Of a stretch of DNA of 64,000 nt, positions 36,353 through 46,872 are shown in pieces; within the stretch, counting starts at the first letter, position 1; the number at the start of each line of letters is the position of its first letter. The stretch spans positions 185,093 to 249,092 of the forward strand of contig JAIMBJ010000003.1 of assembly GCA_023511455.1 (NCBI GenBank), in the 5' to 3' direction. The translations under genes were made by a program, and so were the position numbers. Source of the DNA: Bacillota bacterium (GTDB taxonomy: Bacteria > Armatimonadota > HRBIN16). The notes beneath the pieces are model-generated. The model was not told where the DNA came from and ran no database searches. It worked only from the letters and a program-made list of their open reading frames with translations.

Positions 36353-37186
36353 ATGCAAAGGGGATGGTTCGCAAGGCGAAGCCCGGCGGAAAGGGTGGCG
36401 ATGGATGAGATGAACGATGCGTGGGTGAAATGCAACGGGTGTCAGCAGATTCTGTTTGCCCGCGACTTCGAAAGGAACCTGAAGGTTTGTCCGCGCTGCG
36501 GACATCACCATCGGCTTTCTGCTCGCGAGCGCATCGCACTGCTGGCAGACCCGGACAGTTTTGTGGAGCGGGACGCCGAGGTGGTTTCCGCCGACCCGCT
36601 GGGCTTCCCCGAATATGCGGACAAACTGAGCAAAGGCAGGGCAAACTCGGGACTGCCGGAAGCGATGGTCAGTGGAACCTGCACGCTGTCGGGCATTCCG
36701 ATTGTGCTGGCAGTGGCGGACTTCGCCTTCATGGGCGGCAGTATGGGCAGCGCGGTGGGTGAAAAAGTAGCACGGGCGATGGAATACGCCCTGGAACAGC
36801 GGCTTCCGATAGTGACCTGCTCCACATCTGGCGGGGCGCGGATGCAGGAAGGCTTGCTCTCGCTGATGCAGATGGCGAAGACCTGCGCAGCCGCGGCGCG
36901 ACTGCATGAGGCGGGAATACCCTTTGTCAGTGTGCTGACCGACCCCACGATGGCAGGGGTGCTGGCAAGCTACGCTTCGGTGGGCGATGTGGTCATCGCC
37001 GAGCCGGGCGCGCTCATCGGGTTCGCCGGGCAAAGGGTGGCGCAACAGGCGCAAGTGGTGAAACCGCCGCCCAACTTCCAGACGGCGGAGTTCCAGCTGG
37101 AGCATGGCATGGTGGACATCGTGGTGCCGCGCAAGGAGCTGAAACACACGCTTCACAGGGTGCTTCGTTTTTTCACAGGGGGGTAG
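36353..37186 (+). CDS. accD: Acetyl-CoA carboxylase carboxyltransferase beta subunit
   Basis: Zn-ribbon CNGCQQ…CPRCGHH and the carboxyltransferase domain. Confidence 0.9.
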   Translation: MQRGWFARRSPAERVAMDEMNDAWVKCNGCQQILFARDFERNLKVCPRCGHHHRLSARERIALLADPDSFVERDAEVVSADPLGFPEYADKLSKGRANSGLPEAMVSGTCTLSGIPIVLAVADFAFMGGSMGSAVGEKVARAMEYALEQRLPIVTCSTSGGARMQEGLLSLMQMAKTCAAAARLHEAGIPFVSVLTDPTMAGVLASYASVGDVVIAEPGALIGFAGQRVAQQAQVVKPPPNFQTAEFQLEHGMVDIVVPRKELKHTLHRVLRFFTGG

Positions 37187-37191
37187 AAGAG

Positions 37192-38154
37192 GTGCGAACG
37201 GTTCTGGACTTCGAAAAGCCAATCGCCGAGCTGGACGCCAACATCGAGGCACTGAAGCGCATCACGGCGGAGCAGGGGATCGACAAAAGCGAGGAGATTG
37301 CCGCGCTCGAGCGAGACCGCGAGCGGCTGCTGCGAGAGATATTTCACAACCTGACGCCCTGGGACCGCACTTTGCTGGCACGCCATCCGCAGCGACCCTA
37401 CACGCTGGACTATATCCGGGTGATTTTCGACGACTTCATCGAGCTGCACGGCGACCGGCAGTTCGGCGATGACGGTGCCATCATCGGGGGCATGGCATGG
37501 CTCAACGAGAAACCGGTGATGGTGATCGGACAGCAGAAGGGGCGCGACCTCAAGGAGCGTCAGCGACGTAACTTCGGCATGGCGAAGCCGGAGGGCTATC
37601 GGAAAGCGCTTCGGTTGATGCATCTGGCGGAAAAGTTCGGGCGGCCGGTGATTACTTTTGTGGACACCCCCGCTGCAGACCCGGGAGTGGAATCGGAGAG
37701 CCGGGGCATCAGCGAAGCCATCGCTCGCAACCTGCGCGAGATGATTGCCCTGAAAGTGCCCATCGTGTCGGTGGTCATCGGGGAGGGGGGTAGCGGCGGC
37801 GCGCTGGGCATTGCCGTTGCAGACCGCGTGTTGATGCAGGAATACGCTATCTACTCGGTCATCCCGCCCGAGGGCTGCGCGGCCATTCTGTGGCGCGACC
37901 CCAAGCGTGCTCCTGAGGCGGCAGAGGCATTGAAGCTCACCGCTCACGATGCGCTGCGCTTTGGCGTGGTGGACGAGGTGATTGAAGAGCCGCTGGGCGG
38001 GGCACATCGCGACCCGCTGGCGGCGGCACAGATTGTGAAGGAGGCGTTGCTCAGGCATTTGCCGCCACTGCAGAAGATGGCGGTGAGCAAACTGCGCGAA
38101 AGCCGTTACGAGCGGTATCGTAACCTGGGCGTTTGGCAAAGCGCTCTGGAGTAG
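37192..38154 (+). CDS. accA: Acetyl-CoA carboxylase carboxyltransferase alpha subunit
   Basis: VITFVDTPAADPG…VIGEGGSGGALG signature, immediately downstream of accD. Confidence 0.9.
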   Translation: MRTVLDFEKPIAELDANIEALKRITAEQGIDKSEEIAALERDRERLLREIFHNLTPWDRTLLARHPQRPYTLDYIRVIFDDFIELHGDRQFGDDGAIIGGMAWLNEKPVMVIGQQKGRDLKERQRRNFGMAKPEGYRKALRLMHLAEKFGRPVITFVDTPAADPGVESESRGISEAIARNLREMIALKVPIVSVVIGEGGSGGALGIAVADRVLMQEYAIYSVIPPEGCAAILWRDPKRAPEAAEALKLTAHDALRFGVVDEVIEEPLGGAHRDPLAAAQIVKEALLRHLPPLQKMAVSKLRESRYERYRNLGVWQSALE

Positions 38155-38203
38155 CAAAAGAGCCGACGGCAACACCGTCGGCTCCACCTTCTGTTAACCT
38201 TCT

Positions 38204-38461
38204 CTACGTGTGCATCGCCTGAATCTGCGACCATAAGTTCTGGATACGCACATAGCAAGCGACATGTCCGTCACAGCTCGCAGGCAGAACGTCCTCTTTC
38301 TCTAACCGTATTACCCTGTCACTGCCTACCTGCCTGTACACGCCTGGAGCAACGCGCTCTCCCGCGAGGAAGAGCTCTTCTACAAACTGGTCGTTTTCCG
38401 GTCGCTGCCACATTGCTGGTGTCCCCCCTCGAATACAGTCACGTTGCAGCATGACCAGCAT
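38204..38461 (-). CDS. Small hypothetical protein (85 aa)
   Basis: ORF only. No family recognised. Confidence 0.25.
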   Translation of the reverse strand: MLVMLQRDCIRGGTPAMWQRPENDQFVEELFLAGERVAPGVYRQVGSDRVIRLEKEDVLPASCDGHVACYVRIQNLWSQIQAMHT

Positions 38462-38630
38462 CTGGGAACGCGCTGCATGACTGTTCCCATGTTTCGTCTG
38501 CAGTTGGTCCCTTTCTGCGCGAACCGGAAAGCAACCAAAAACAGCAAGCGCAGAACGCCTGTGCGTTCCTGCTACCCGACTACGTATGGTATTGTAACAA
38601 ACTTTGGTGTGAAAGTCAACTGTTCCACGC

Positions 38631-38675
38631 AGATTTTCAAAAAAATCTTACGAAACTCGTAATCTGGCGATTACG
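38631..38675 (-). terminator. Candidate rho-independent terminator at the end of the glycoside-hydrolase operon
   Basis: The hairpin CGTAATC-gcca-GATTACG overlaps the TAA stop. A T7 run and an A/T hairpin (AGATTTT/AAAATCT) follow on the minus strand. Confidence 0.45.
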
Positions 38676-39873
38676 CTTTTGTCCAAACAGGCATGTTCGC
38701 GGTCGCGGCGTTGCCCGCAGGGTCGTATACGTACACGAACAGGCGGTACTTCCCTGCCGACTCCGGTAGCTGCACGACCGCGCGGTAACCTTCAGAAGAC
38801 AGTATCGCGCCATCTATCGGCTGCACCGGCTCTTCGCGGTCACCGCCGACGTTGGGGTTGTCTGCCACATCTGGACGCAGTTCCCAGCGAATGGTCAGGG
38901 TGTCGCCATCAGGGTCATCTGCCTGCACCGTAGCGTGCACCTGTGCGCCCGCGTCAAGGATGGCGTACACACTCTGTCGGGTATTTTGATGCTCTACCCA
39001 CAGGTTCTGGATGCGTGGGCAGCGGTTCGGGGGATACGAACCGCTCCAGAAATACTGCATCACCTCCACCGCTTCGGTAGGACTGCCGTCCTCCAGAAAC
39101 ATCCCGTACCACGTGTGCGTTTTCTCGTGATGGAAGCTCCAGTGAAACACGTATGCCCCCAGACATTGGGGACGATTCAAAACGGCGTGCTGGTAGGCGC
39201 GGCGGTAGAACTCCGCCTTGTGGGTGCTGCTATCCTCAATCGGCATTCCCCATGGCGTCTTGATAACCTGCCAGTGCCCACGCGGACCGAATTCGGTAAC
39301 CACATACGGACGCGACCAGCGCAGCTGGCGCAGGTCTTCGGGCAGGGTCAGCATATCCTGATAGGCGTTGATGCCGATAGCATCCAGTGCGGGACACAGC
39401 TCGTCTATCTCCCATAACAGATGCCGGTAATCGCAGCCAACGGGCGTAATAACGGGATGCTTGCCGTCCACCTCGTGAATCATCTGCGCTGCTTCGTTAA
39501 CCGCCTGCCACAGCGGAACGCGCTGTTCGGGTGTTGTCCATATCTCCAGCTCGTTGCCGATAGCCCACATCAGCAGGGCAGGGTGGTCTCTGAACCGCTG
39601 TACCGTCTGGCGCAGGTCGTCCAGCTGTCTGGCGACAGCGGTGCGGTCGGTGTAATCGAACCCCCAGCGCGGCTTGCCAAAGGGCAGGTTCGCCAGCACC
39701 GTCAGCCCAAGCGCATATGCTTGATCCAGGTCGTTCACGCTGGCACGGATGGAGTTGCCTCCTGCCTGTGCCAGCCGCTCCAGAAAACGGTTTCCCACTG
39801 CGCCCTTGATGAAGAACTCCTCCCCGTGGCGCAGAAGGGTGTAGCCGTGCGGTGTTTTCTGTATGGTGGTCAT
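38671..39873 (-). CDS. Clan GH-A (TIM-barrel) glycoside hydrolase, GH2/GH5-like
   Basis: MWAIGNELE (acid/base NE) and VVTEFG (nucleophile E) in the expected order. The start MTTIQK gives an ATGA overlap with the upstream GH78 gene. Confidence 0.5.
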   Translation of the reverse strand: MTTIQKTPHGYTLLRHGEEFFIKGAVGNRFLERLAQAGGNSIRASVNDLDQAYALGLTVLANLPFGKPRWGFDYTDRTAVARQLDDLRQTVQRFRDHPALLMWAIGNELEIWTTPEQRVPLWQAVNEAAQMIHEVDGKHPVITPVGCDYRHLLWEIDELCPALDAIGINAYQDMLTLPEDLRQLRWSRPYVVTEFGPRGHWQVIKTPWGMPIEDSSTHKAEFYRRAYQHAVLNRPQCLGAYVFHWSFHHEKTHTWYGMFLEDGSPTEAVEVMQYFWSGSYPPNRCPRIQNLWVEHQNTRQSVYAILDAGAQVHATVQADDPDGDTLTIRWELRPDVADNPNVGGDREEPVQPIDGAILSSEGYRAVVQLPESAGKYRLFVYVYDPAGNAATANMPVWTKA

Positions 39874-42290
39874 CTGCCTCCGCCTCCTGTCGGAACCTCG
39901 TGCCCACTGTAGCCCTCCGGTACAGGCGTGCGGGTCTCTCCAGCCACCAGCGTGCCAGTGACTCCTTCCGGCAGGAGCACTTCCACCTGCAGAGTCTTGC
40001 CATCGCGCTGGCAACGCACGGAGATTTCGCCGCGCGGATGCACCAGCCTGCCCTCCGCCCGGGTCAGATGACCCAGCTGCGGCTCAATCGTTACCTGTGC
40101 GAAGCTGGGCGCGGCGGGGCGGATGCCCAGAAGGCTGGCGTAGAAGTGAAAGACTGGATGCGCCCCCCACGCATGGCAGTCCGAGCGTGTGGGTTCGGGC
40201 GATTCGATGGTGGTCTTGAGGCCGTTTTGGGTCAGCCGGTACCACTCGTCCAGGCGTTGCAGAATCAGGTCCGGGCGTTTCAGCACGCGCAGGGTCTCGA
40301 ACAGGTAATGCGAGAAGTAGATGGTGGTCTTTGCCAGGTTGTTCGATTGTGTCAGCGTCTGGGCGAGACGCGCCTGTCGCTCCGGCGGCAGGCAGCCGCT
40401 CAGGATGGCAAGGCATTGTGTGTGCTCCGAGAAGTGCTGGTGCGACAGGTCATCCGCGAACAGCCCCCGCTGCTCGTTCCAGAACGCGTTGACAGCCACT
40501 TCTGCCAGCCGGTCGCGCAGGCGTAGGGCGCGTTGTGCCAGTTCCGGCTCGCCGACCATGTTTTCCAGTTGCGCCCACAGGTTGAGCGTGTAGACCAGAT
40601 GCCAGTGGTGCACGCCGGAGATTCCTTCGGTAGCCGGCGGGATGCCGTTGCGCCAGCTGCCTACCCAGTCGGCGTAGTTCCAGCCGTCGAGGCAGCGGAA
40701 CAGTCCCTCCTGGCTGAGATGCGCGAGATGCGCTTCCATCACACTGCGCACGCCGGGCATCCTTTCCCGCACGAAGCGCAGGTCATCACGCCACATCGCG
40801 TAGTCGAACACCATTGCCACCCACCACAGCGAGAAGGGCGGGATGACCTGCTCCCAGCGGGATGGATAGCGCGACTGCGTGATGCCGATGTTAATGCGCG
40901 ACGAGTCGAACATCAGCAGCGCCTTGCGCGGCAGGCGGTCATCGCGGGTGAGGGCGTAGGTCACCAGCACCTGCAGGCGCGTGTCGCCCACGTACATCAG
41001 CTGCTCGAAGAAGGGACAGTCCATATACGTCTCGTGGGCGCACATCTGCCAGGCACGTACACTGACGCGGGTGATGGGGGCGATACGCGGGTCGTCGGCA
41101 GTGAAGGTGCTTTCCGGTTCCATCGGGTAGCGTGTTTCCAGAAAGCGCAGGCTATCGATGGTCAAAGGCTCGTCCGCCGTGCGCACCACCACCTCCACAT
41201 AACGTCCTGCCCGCCACCAGTGACTGTCGAACCGTCGTCCTCTGCCGCCATCGGTGACGAAGGTATCTCCGAAGCCATCCTTCAGGTGCCATACCATGCA
41301 GAAATACTTGCCGTCGATCTCGTCGCGGTTGCCCTTGACGCTGCCGCGCGGGTCTTCATACAACGCCTCCTGCCAGTGGATGCGCACCGACGCTCCTTTA
41401 CCCCCGCTCAGCACCACCTCCGGATAGGCGCACACGTAGTCCTGCAGGTCGATGATCACCCGTCGCGCCGACTGCGGAGCGATGGTGAGAGCCGACTTTC
41501 CCTCCAGCAGGTGCTGCCAGCCCTCCGCCTCCCCGGCGAGATGTTCGGACAAGCGGATGGGGATTTGGGCGGTGCTGTCGGATTCGAGTTTTGCCACGAA
41601 ACGCACCCGGGCGTTCTGCCATGCGCGCTCCATCATTGGAGGCAGGGTGGCGGGTTGCAGCACGTGTTCGGGCAGGCGGTCGCCGCGATGCATGGAGATG
41701 GCGGGCTGCAACGCCCGGGCGGGCAACCATCCCTCGCCTTCGCCGCGCTCGAAGCCCCATTCCACCAGATTGCCGTCCACGTGTAACGTCGCGCCGGTGA
41801 ACCAGCCGCCAAACGCCGAGAAGGGGTTGAAGCCCCGCAACCGCTTCACCTCCCACCCGGCAACACCGGTTGCGAGCGCGTTGTCCCATTCGGGCTGCTG
41901 TGGGCAAAGCACGAAGCCCTGCGGGCGCAGGGTCATCTGGGCAATGGGAGCGAGCTCCCCCAACACCCACACCCGCGCTACCAGCACATGCTCGCCACGG
42001 GTGAGCGGCAGGTCGTAAGTCTCGAAGAACCAGTGATGACGGTCGCCGCGCTCGGGTCCCCTGCCGATGCGCTCACCGTCCAGATACAGCTCGTAGCGTT
42101 CATCGGCGGAGACGTGTATGCGTACCGTCTCCTCACGTTCCGCGCGGAAGCGGTTGCGGAAGGCGAGCACGTATGGCGGTTCAGGCGGTTCGGGATGGGC
42201 TATCCAGCGGGCTCGCCAGATGCCTCTCTCGTCCCAAGGGCGGTCTTTGGTCTGCTCCGCGAAGGGATATGCCTCAATAGAAACGCGCAT
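39870..42290 (-). CDS. Alpha-L-rhamnosidase-like glycoside hydrolase (GH78 family)
   Basis: 806 aa. ETYMDCPFFEQLMYVGDTRLQ corresponds to the conserved GH78 catalytic-domain segment. The N-terminal region is a beta-sandwich. Confidence 0.6.
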   Translation of the reverse strand: MRVSIEAYPFAEQTKDRPWDERGIWRARWIAHPEPPEPPYVLAFRNRFRAEREETVRIHVSADERYELYLDGERIGRGPERGDRHHWFFETYDLPLTRGEHVLVARVWVLGELAPIAQMTLRPQGFVLCPQQPEWDNALATGVAGWEVKRLRGFNPFSAFGGWFTGATLHVDGNLVEWGFERGEGEGWLPARALQPAISMHRGDRLPEHVLQPATLPPMMERAWQNARVRFVAKLESDSTAQIPIRLSEHLAGEAEGWQHLLEGKSALTIAPQSARRVIIDLQDYVCAYPEVVLSGGKGASVRIHWQEALYEDPRGSVKGNRDEIDGKYFCMVWHLKDGFGDTFVTDGGRGRRFDSHWWRAGRYVEVVVRTADEPLTIDSLRFLETRYPMEPESTFTADDPRIAPITRVSVRAWQMCAHETYMDCPFFEQLMYVGDTRLQVLVTYALTRDDRLPRKALLMFDSSRINIGITQSRYPSRWEQVIPPFSLWWVAMVFDYAMWRDDLRFVRERMPGVRSVMEAHLAHLSQEGLFRCLDGWNYADWVGSWRNGIPPATEGISGVHHWHLVYTLNLWAQLENMVGEPELAQRALRLRDRLAEVAVNAFWNEQRGLFADDLSHQHFSEHTQCLAILSGCLPPERQARLAQTLTQSNNLAKTTIYFSHYLFETLRVLKRPDLILQRLDEWYRLTQNGLKTTIESPEPTRSDCHAWGAHPVFHFYASLLGIRPAAPSFAQVTIEPQLGHLTRAEGRLVHPRGEISVRCQRDGKTLQVEVLLPEGVTGTLVAGETRTPVPEGYSGHEVPTGGGGR

Positions 42291-42306
42291 GGCTGTCTCC
42301 TCACCC

Positions 42307-43428
42307 TCAATCCTTCACCGGTGTGATTTTAACCACTACCACATCGTGCGGGTCCACGGGTGCGCCGAAGAAGCGGGTGTACACGCCATAGTCCTCGCCG
42401 GTGATGACGTTCTGCACGCGGCAGGGGCGACGGTCATGAAGACCCAGCGACTCCCAGGGCGCGGTAATCACCCGTCGCCAATCCTTGTGGCGGTTGAACA
42501 GCCCCACAGCGATGGAACCGTCCGCCAGCGGTTTCATCCACGTCTCAAAGTGTTCCCACTCCTGTCCCACGCGGAAGCCCTGCCGCCCGAGCGGGTCCTG
42601 ATTGATAGCAATCAACCCCTTGTGGGTCAGCAGCTGGTGGGTGAAGGTGTTCATGTGGCGCACATCGCACCCAATCATCAGCGGCGCGGCAAGCAGGCAC
42701 CACAATGCAAAGTGTACGCGGTACTCGCTATCGGTACAGCCGCCCCGCGCCACGTTGCCCTTGCCGTACATGCCGACAACCAGCATGTCAGGGTCGTTCC
42801 AGTGGTCGGGACCGGCGTACGCCTCCAGACCGTTCTGGCTAAAGCCGATTTGCTCGATACTCTCCCACGAGTCGTTAATGTCGCCCGTGGTGCGCCACAT
42901 GTGCCCGCCAACGCTGGCGCCCCACTTCCACGGCTCGTTAGTGCCCCACTCGCACAGGCTGAAAACGATAGGGCGTCCGGTGGCACGCAAAGCCTGTCCC
43001 ATGCGCCGGTACAGCGAGGGCCCATCCACGCCTGCGGGCTTGTAGCAGAAGTCGTATTTCAAGAAGTCCACGCCCCACTCGGCGAAGGTCTGCGCATCGA
43101 TCTCCTCATAGCCGTAGCTGGCAGGTTTGCCCGCGCAGGTGTGCGTGCCAGCGCACGAGTAGATGCCGAACTTCAGTCCCTTACTGTGCACGTAGTCCGC
43201 CAGCGCCTTCATGCCGCCGGGGAACTTTTTGGGGTCGGGGACAAGGCGTCCTTTTTCATCACGCTCATCTGCTTCCCAGAGGTCGTCAATCACCACGTAG
43301 GTATAACCCGCTTCCTTTAAGCCCGCTTCCACGAAGGTATCGGCGACCTGCCGAATCAGCTCCTCGTGGATATCTGCACCAAAGGTATTCCAGCTATTCC
43401 ATCCCATTGGGGGTGTCGGTGCAAGCAT
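42307..43428 (-). CDS. Alpha-galactosidase (GH27 family)
   Basis: PMGWNSWN start, YVVIDDLW and YDFCY motifs typical of GH27. Confidence 0.8.
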   Translation of the reverse strand: MLAPTPPMGWNSWNTFGADIHEELIRQVADTFVEAGLKEAGYTYVVIDDLWEADERDEKGRLVPDPKKFPGGMKALADYVHSKGLKFGIYSCAGTHTCAGKPASYGYEEIDAQTFAEWGVDFLKYDFCYKPAGVDGPSLYRRMGQALRATGRPIVFSLCEWGTNEPWKWGASVGGHMWRTTGDINDSWESIEQIGFSQNGLEAYAGPDHWNDPDMLVVGMYGKGNVARGGCTDSEYRVHFALWCLLAAPLMIGCDVRHMNTFTHQLLTHKGLIAINQDPLGRQGFRVGQEWEHFETWMKPLADGSIAVGLFNRHKDWRRVITAPWESLGLHDRRPCRVQNVITGEDYGVYTRFFGAPVDPHDVVVVKITPVKD

Positions 43429-43613
43429 CGTTTCTTCTCCTCGTTGCCACAGGATTATTGGTTGAGTTTGGTTTCGAAGCGGAATAGCGGATTACCTGCA
43501 TCGAGAGTTGCTGAGGCGATCTTGTAGCGGGTGAACCTCTGATTGTCTGGCGGCTCGGCGGTAGCCTTACGCTATAAGGCACACGGCACGAACTCCATAG
43601 CGGAATCTATGAC

Positions 43614-44768
43614 TCAGGTTGCCTGACGGACATCGTGGGCAGTGCGCTTGCCCCATAGCTGCCGCGCGGCACCGAGCGGATTGCATGCGCTGACCACGTA
43701 GCTCTCCAGCTGCCGGTACTCGGGGTGGACGCACTCGTACACTCCGTTCTGCTGGAAATCCGCTATCAGTTCGTCAAAGGTGCGCACCGCCAGCTGCGGA
43801 TTCACAGGGTGTATCGCCTGCATGACCCAGCCGGAGGCGGTCGCCCAGTACGCGCCGTTTTGATAGCGGTCGCGCGGCACGGGGATGAGCAGTCGCTCCC
43901 AGTATTCACCACGATACAGGTGGCGCACCTGCCCTTTCCACATGTAATCTGCGTAGCGGTGCACCAGCGTCTGTTGCACCGTGCTTTTGCGTTTGCCCAG
44001 CGGGAAACCCACCGCGAGGGCGTAAGCATTGCCCCAGATATCCACCTGCCTGCAATCTACGCTGGCGGCAAGGAATGCGCCTGACCTCTCGTCCCAGAGC
44101 CGGTTCAGGTTCTGTTCGATACGCCGGGCGCGCTGAAGATACTCGTCTTCGCGACGCCTTTCGCCCAACTGCCGATGCCATCGCGCCATACGCCGGCACG
44201 CGGTCCAGTACAGCAGCGATTCCATCAGCAGCTCACCGGTCTTGCGTACCGTATCGGTGAAGCCGTAGGGCGAGTGGGGCTTCTCCGGGTTATTGAACAC
44301 CAGCCCCTGCGGACTGCGAGGGACCCAATCCATACCTCTGTCCAGCGGAGGCGACCACTCGGCGAACAGCGCTTTACGTCTGGCTGTTGTGGCGCGCTGC
44401 AGAGCAACATCGGCGGCGATTACCAGAAACATGGGGTTATCCAGATTAGGCTCGCCGAGGGAGTTCTCTTCGGGTCCAGCCACATACACCGCCACGCCAT
44501 CCGGGCGCACGCGGTCGGGTACTGCGCCGTCCTCCCGCTGCCCTTTGATCAGGTAGCGGATGCAGGCTTCGACATGCCCGATGGGCATCAGGTCAGCAGT
44601 GTGCTCCACCATGTAGGCGAAGTCGCGCGTCCACAGCGCGGCGTAGTTGCCCCGACCATCGGGGGTGTACAGCACCGTGCCGTCCCGCGCCGTAACCTGG
44701 CATCCCTGCAGGAGCTTGCGGGCGGTCTCGGTCAGGTAGTGTATTTTCTCAATGAGTTCGTCGGTCAT
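43614..44768 (-). CDS. (alpha/alpha)6-barrel glycoside hydrolase-like protein (GH63/GDE-like; family uncertain)
   Basis: 384 aa. Aromatic-rich six-hairpin pattern. First gene of the GH operon. Confidence 0.4.
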   Translation of the reverse strand: MTDELIEKIHYLTETARKLLQGCQVTARDGTVLYTPDGRGNYAALWTRDFAYMVEHTADLMPIGHVEACIRYLIKGQREDGAVPDRVRPDGVAVYVAGPEENSLGEPNLDNPMFLVIAADVALQRATTARRKALFAEWSPPLDRGMDWVPRSPQGLVFNNPEKPHSPYGFTDTVRKTGELLMESLLYWTACRRMARWHRQLGERRREDEYLQRARRIEQNLNRLWDERSGAFLAASVDCRQVDIWGNAYALAVGFPLGKRKSTVQQTLVHRYADYMWKGQVRHLYRGEYWERLLIPVPRDRYQNGAYWATASGWVMQAIHPVNPQLAVRTFDELIADFQQNGVYECVHPEYRQLESYVVSACNPLGAARQLWGKRTAHDVRQAT

Positions 44769-44920
44769 TTGTCGGCTCGCGACAGGAAGTTTGCACCCTC
44801 TGCGAAACGCGGCGGCGTTTTGCCACGATGGAAGAGAGTGACATCCATTCCCTTCTCCAGAAGCTGGCGCGTCATCGCCGTGCTGATGAGCCCCGTCCCA
44901 CTGATGAGGAGGATTCTCAT
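44765..44920 (-). pseudogene. Truncated N-terminal fragment of an NAD-dependent epimerase/dehydratase (52 aa)
   Basis: MRILLISGTGLISTAMTRQLLEKGMDVTLFHRG… is a Rossmann GxGxxG N-terminus that stops after 52 codons. Its stop overlaps the GH start as ATGA. Confidence 0.35.
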
Positions 44921-45118
44921 GGAGAAAGGTTCTCCGGTTTCCCTATTGCATAGAGAAATTGCATAAATCTCGAAATTTTGAATAACTTATGTAATTCTGT
45001 CGTGAACGACCTCAAAGTCCTGATACAAGATATTGACTATCTTCCGAAACATTACCCTGTATGTTGTGTCCTATTTGCAGTAGACTCAGTAACAACCCGC
45101 TTGTCGATGTCGGGCATA

Positions 45119-46872
45119 TTAACATATTCTTCGCTCATCATCACGTTGTTTACATAATTCCCAGCGTGCGCCTCGTCCCCGTTTTCCCTCTACGGGGCGT
45201 ATTATCCCTTCTCGCCGCATCTCCTGGAGCAGGTTCATGATGAAGTTGCGTTTCTGGTCATTGTTGAGAACCTCCGAGAGTTTATCCATCAAAAGGTTTT
45301 CAATGTCCATTCGCGTTGCGACTCCAAACTGCACCAGATATTCCTGCACTAATCGCATGTAGTGCTTTTTGTCAAGCCTGCGCCGCTTGATATAATCTGC
45401 GCGCGTCTCAGTGGCTGCGGCTATACTGGCGGACACGAAAAGGTTCGGTCGCCGCCCTTCTATTAGTCTCTTTTTCTTCAGCATTTGGAATTCGTCGTCC
45501 GTGAGGGGCTTACCTTTCTGAACCTTGTCGAGGGCGATAACCTCCCAAAGGCTTAAATCGGTTCGCTCTATTAGCAGGCGGGTGTATCGCTCGTCCAGTA
45601 CCCTGCCAAAGATGCGCACCGAGACGCGCTCTGGCTGGCTCAAGTCGTAATCGGGCATGGGGAAAAACCGCTCACGTTGCTTGTTAAATATGCGCTTTAT
45701 TCCGCTTCCTATAGTATAGTATCGATCATATTGAAGTTCACCATCGCTTCGGCAAGCACGCGATTGCGATAGACGCTGGGTGGTGCATCTTGGCGAATGA
45801 CAGCCTCTACGCTACCAGGCAGGAAACTACCCATGTTTGTAACGAGCAGGCTATCAGGCAACTCTACGATGTTGATGTGTCCCCCTTTCGTATAGTCCTG
45901 ATGGGCGATGGCGTTATGCAATACCTCGCGGATAACCCACGGGTCATACTGCGTGAACTCTGTTGGAAAAAGAGTAGAATCAGGCAGGTAACGGTAGGTA
46001 ACGTTCCGGATCTTGGCAAAAACTTTGTCCACGGCGAGCAGAATCGGTGGTTCGAAATGGGCGAAGTCCTGTTCTATACCCCGATCATCGCGCAAGATCC
46101 AGGAAATTCGTACCGCGGCAGGAGTCAAATGAGTTACGGATTCTGGCTTGCCTAACAGGATAATCGCTGCCCGAGTGACCCTACCATCATGCAGGACTTT
46201 TGCTTTGTGAAGAAAGGTCTCGTCACTCCATTGCGATGCTTCCGATAGCAGGTGCTGGTTTCTCCTTAGATACTGTTTGCGCGCGAAAGCGATCGCTTCC
46301 GTATCGAGGTCTTGCACAGAGGCAGAGGGACATTTTTCAGCTGACCAATCCTCGTACGTCGCGGAGCGCCGAATCTGATCGATTTGGTCCAGTCTGAGTG
46401 GCTCAAGTCGGTCATGCGAACGTCCATAGGCTATCCCGTCCCATGTCGTGGGAGTGCCGGGAATAGCAGGTGGTATCTCGAACATCAACACGCGCTTGCC
46501 GTCTACAAGTATATCGTGGATGTGTCGAAATGTCAGTCGGTGGTTCGTGTGTTGTGCAATCTGTTGCTTACGCTTCTCAAGCCCTGGCGGTTGATGGCAG
46601 TAGCCTGTACCCACCACCTGTCTTGGAGGGGTGTTGGTTACGCCGAAAATAAGCCACCCGGCGTCAACACCGTGCAAGCGCGCGGCATTGCTGAGTGCAG
46701 AAAAGTATCTACCCAGTTCGTTAAAGTCGAAATCGTTCTTTGCCTCTTTGAATTCTAACCATTCTGTTTCGAATGGCAGCGCTATAAGCTCTAACAGCTT
46801 CTCTTTCACCTTCCTCGCCTCTCTGTCTGTATCGCATTTTGGGTTCGGATTTGTTAGGACTCGTGATTTCAC
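45119..46872 (-). pseudogene. Schlafen/AlbA_2 plus HATPase_c_4 (RecG-C-terminal-like) transcriptional-regulator gene, frameshifted
   Basis: The two ORFs 45709..46872 and 45119..45658 are halves of one protein. The conserved MIDTIGSGIKRIFNKQRERFFPMPDYD junction is broken by a 5-bp tandem duplication (plus-strand atagt x2 at about 45711..45720). GC is about 50%. Confidence 0.6.
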
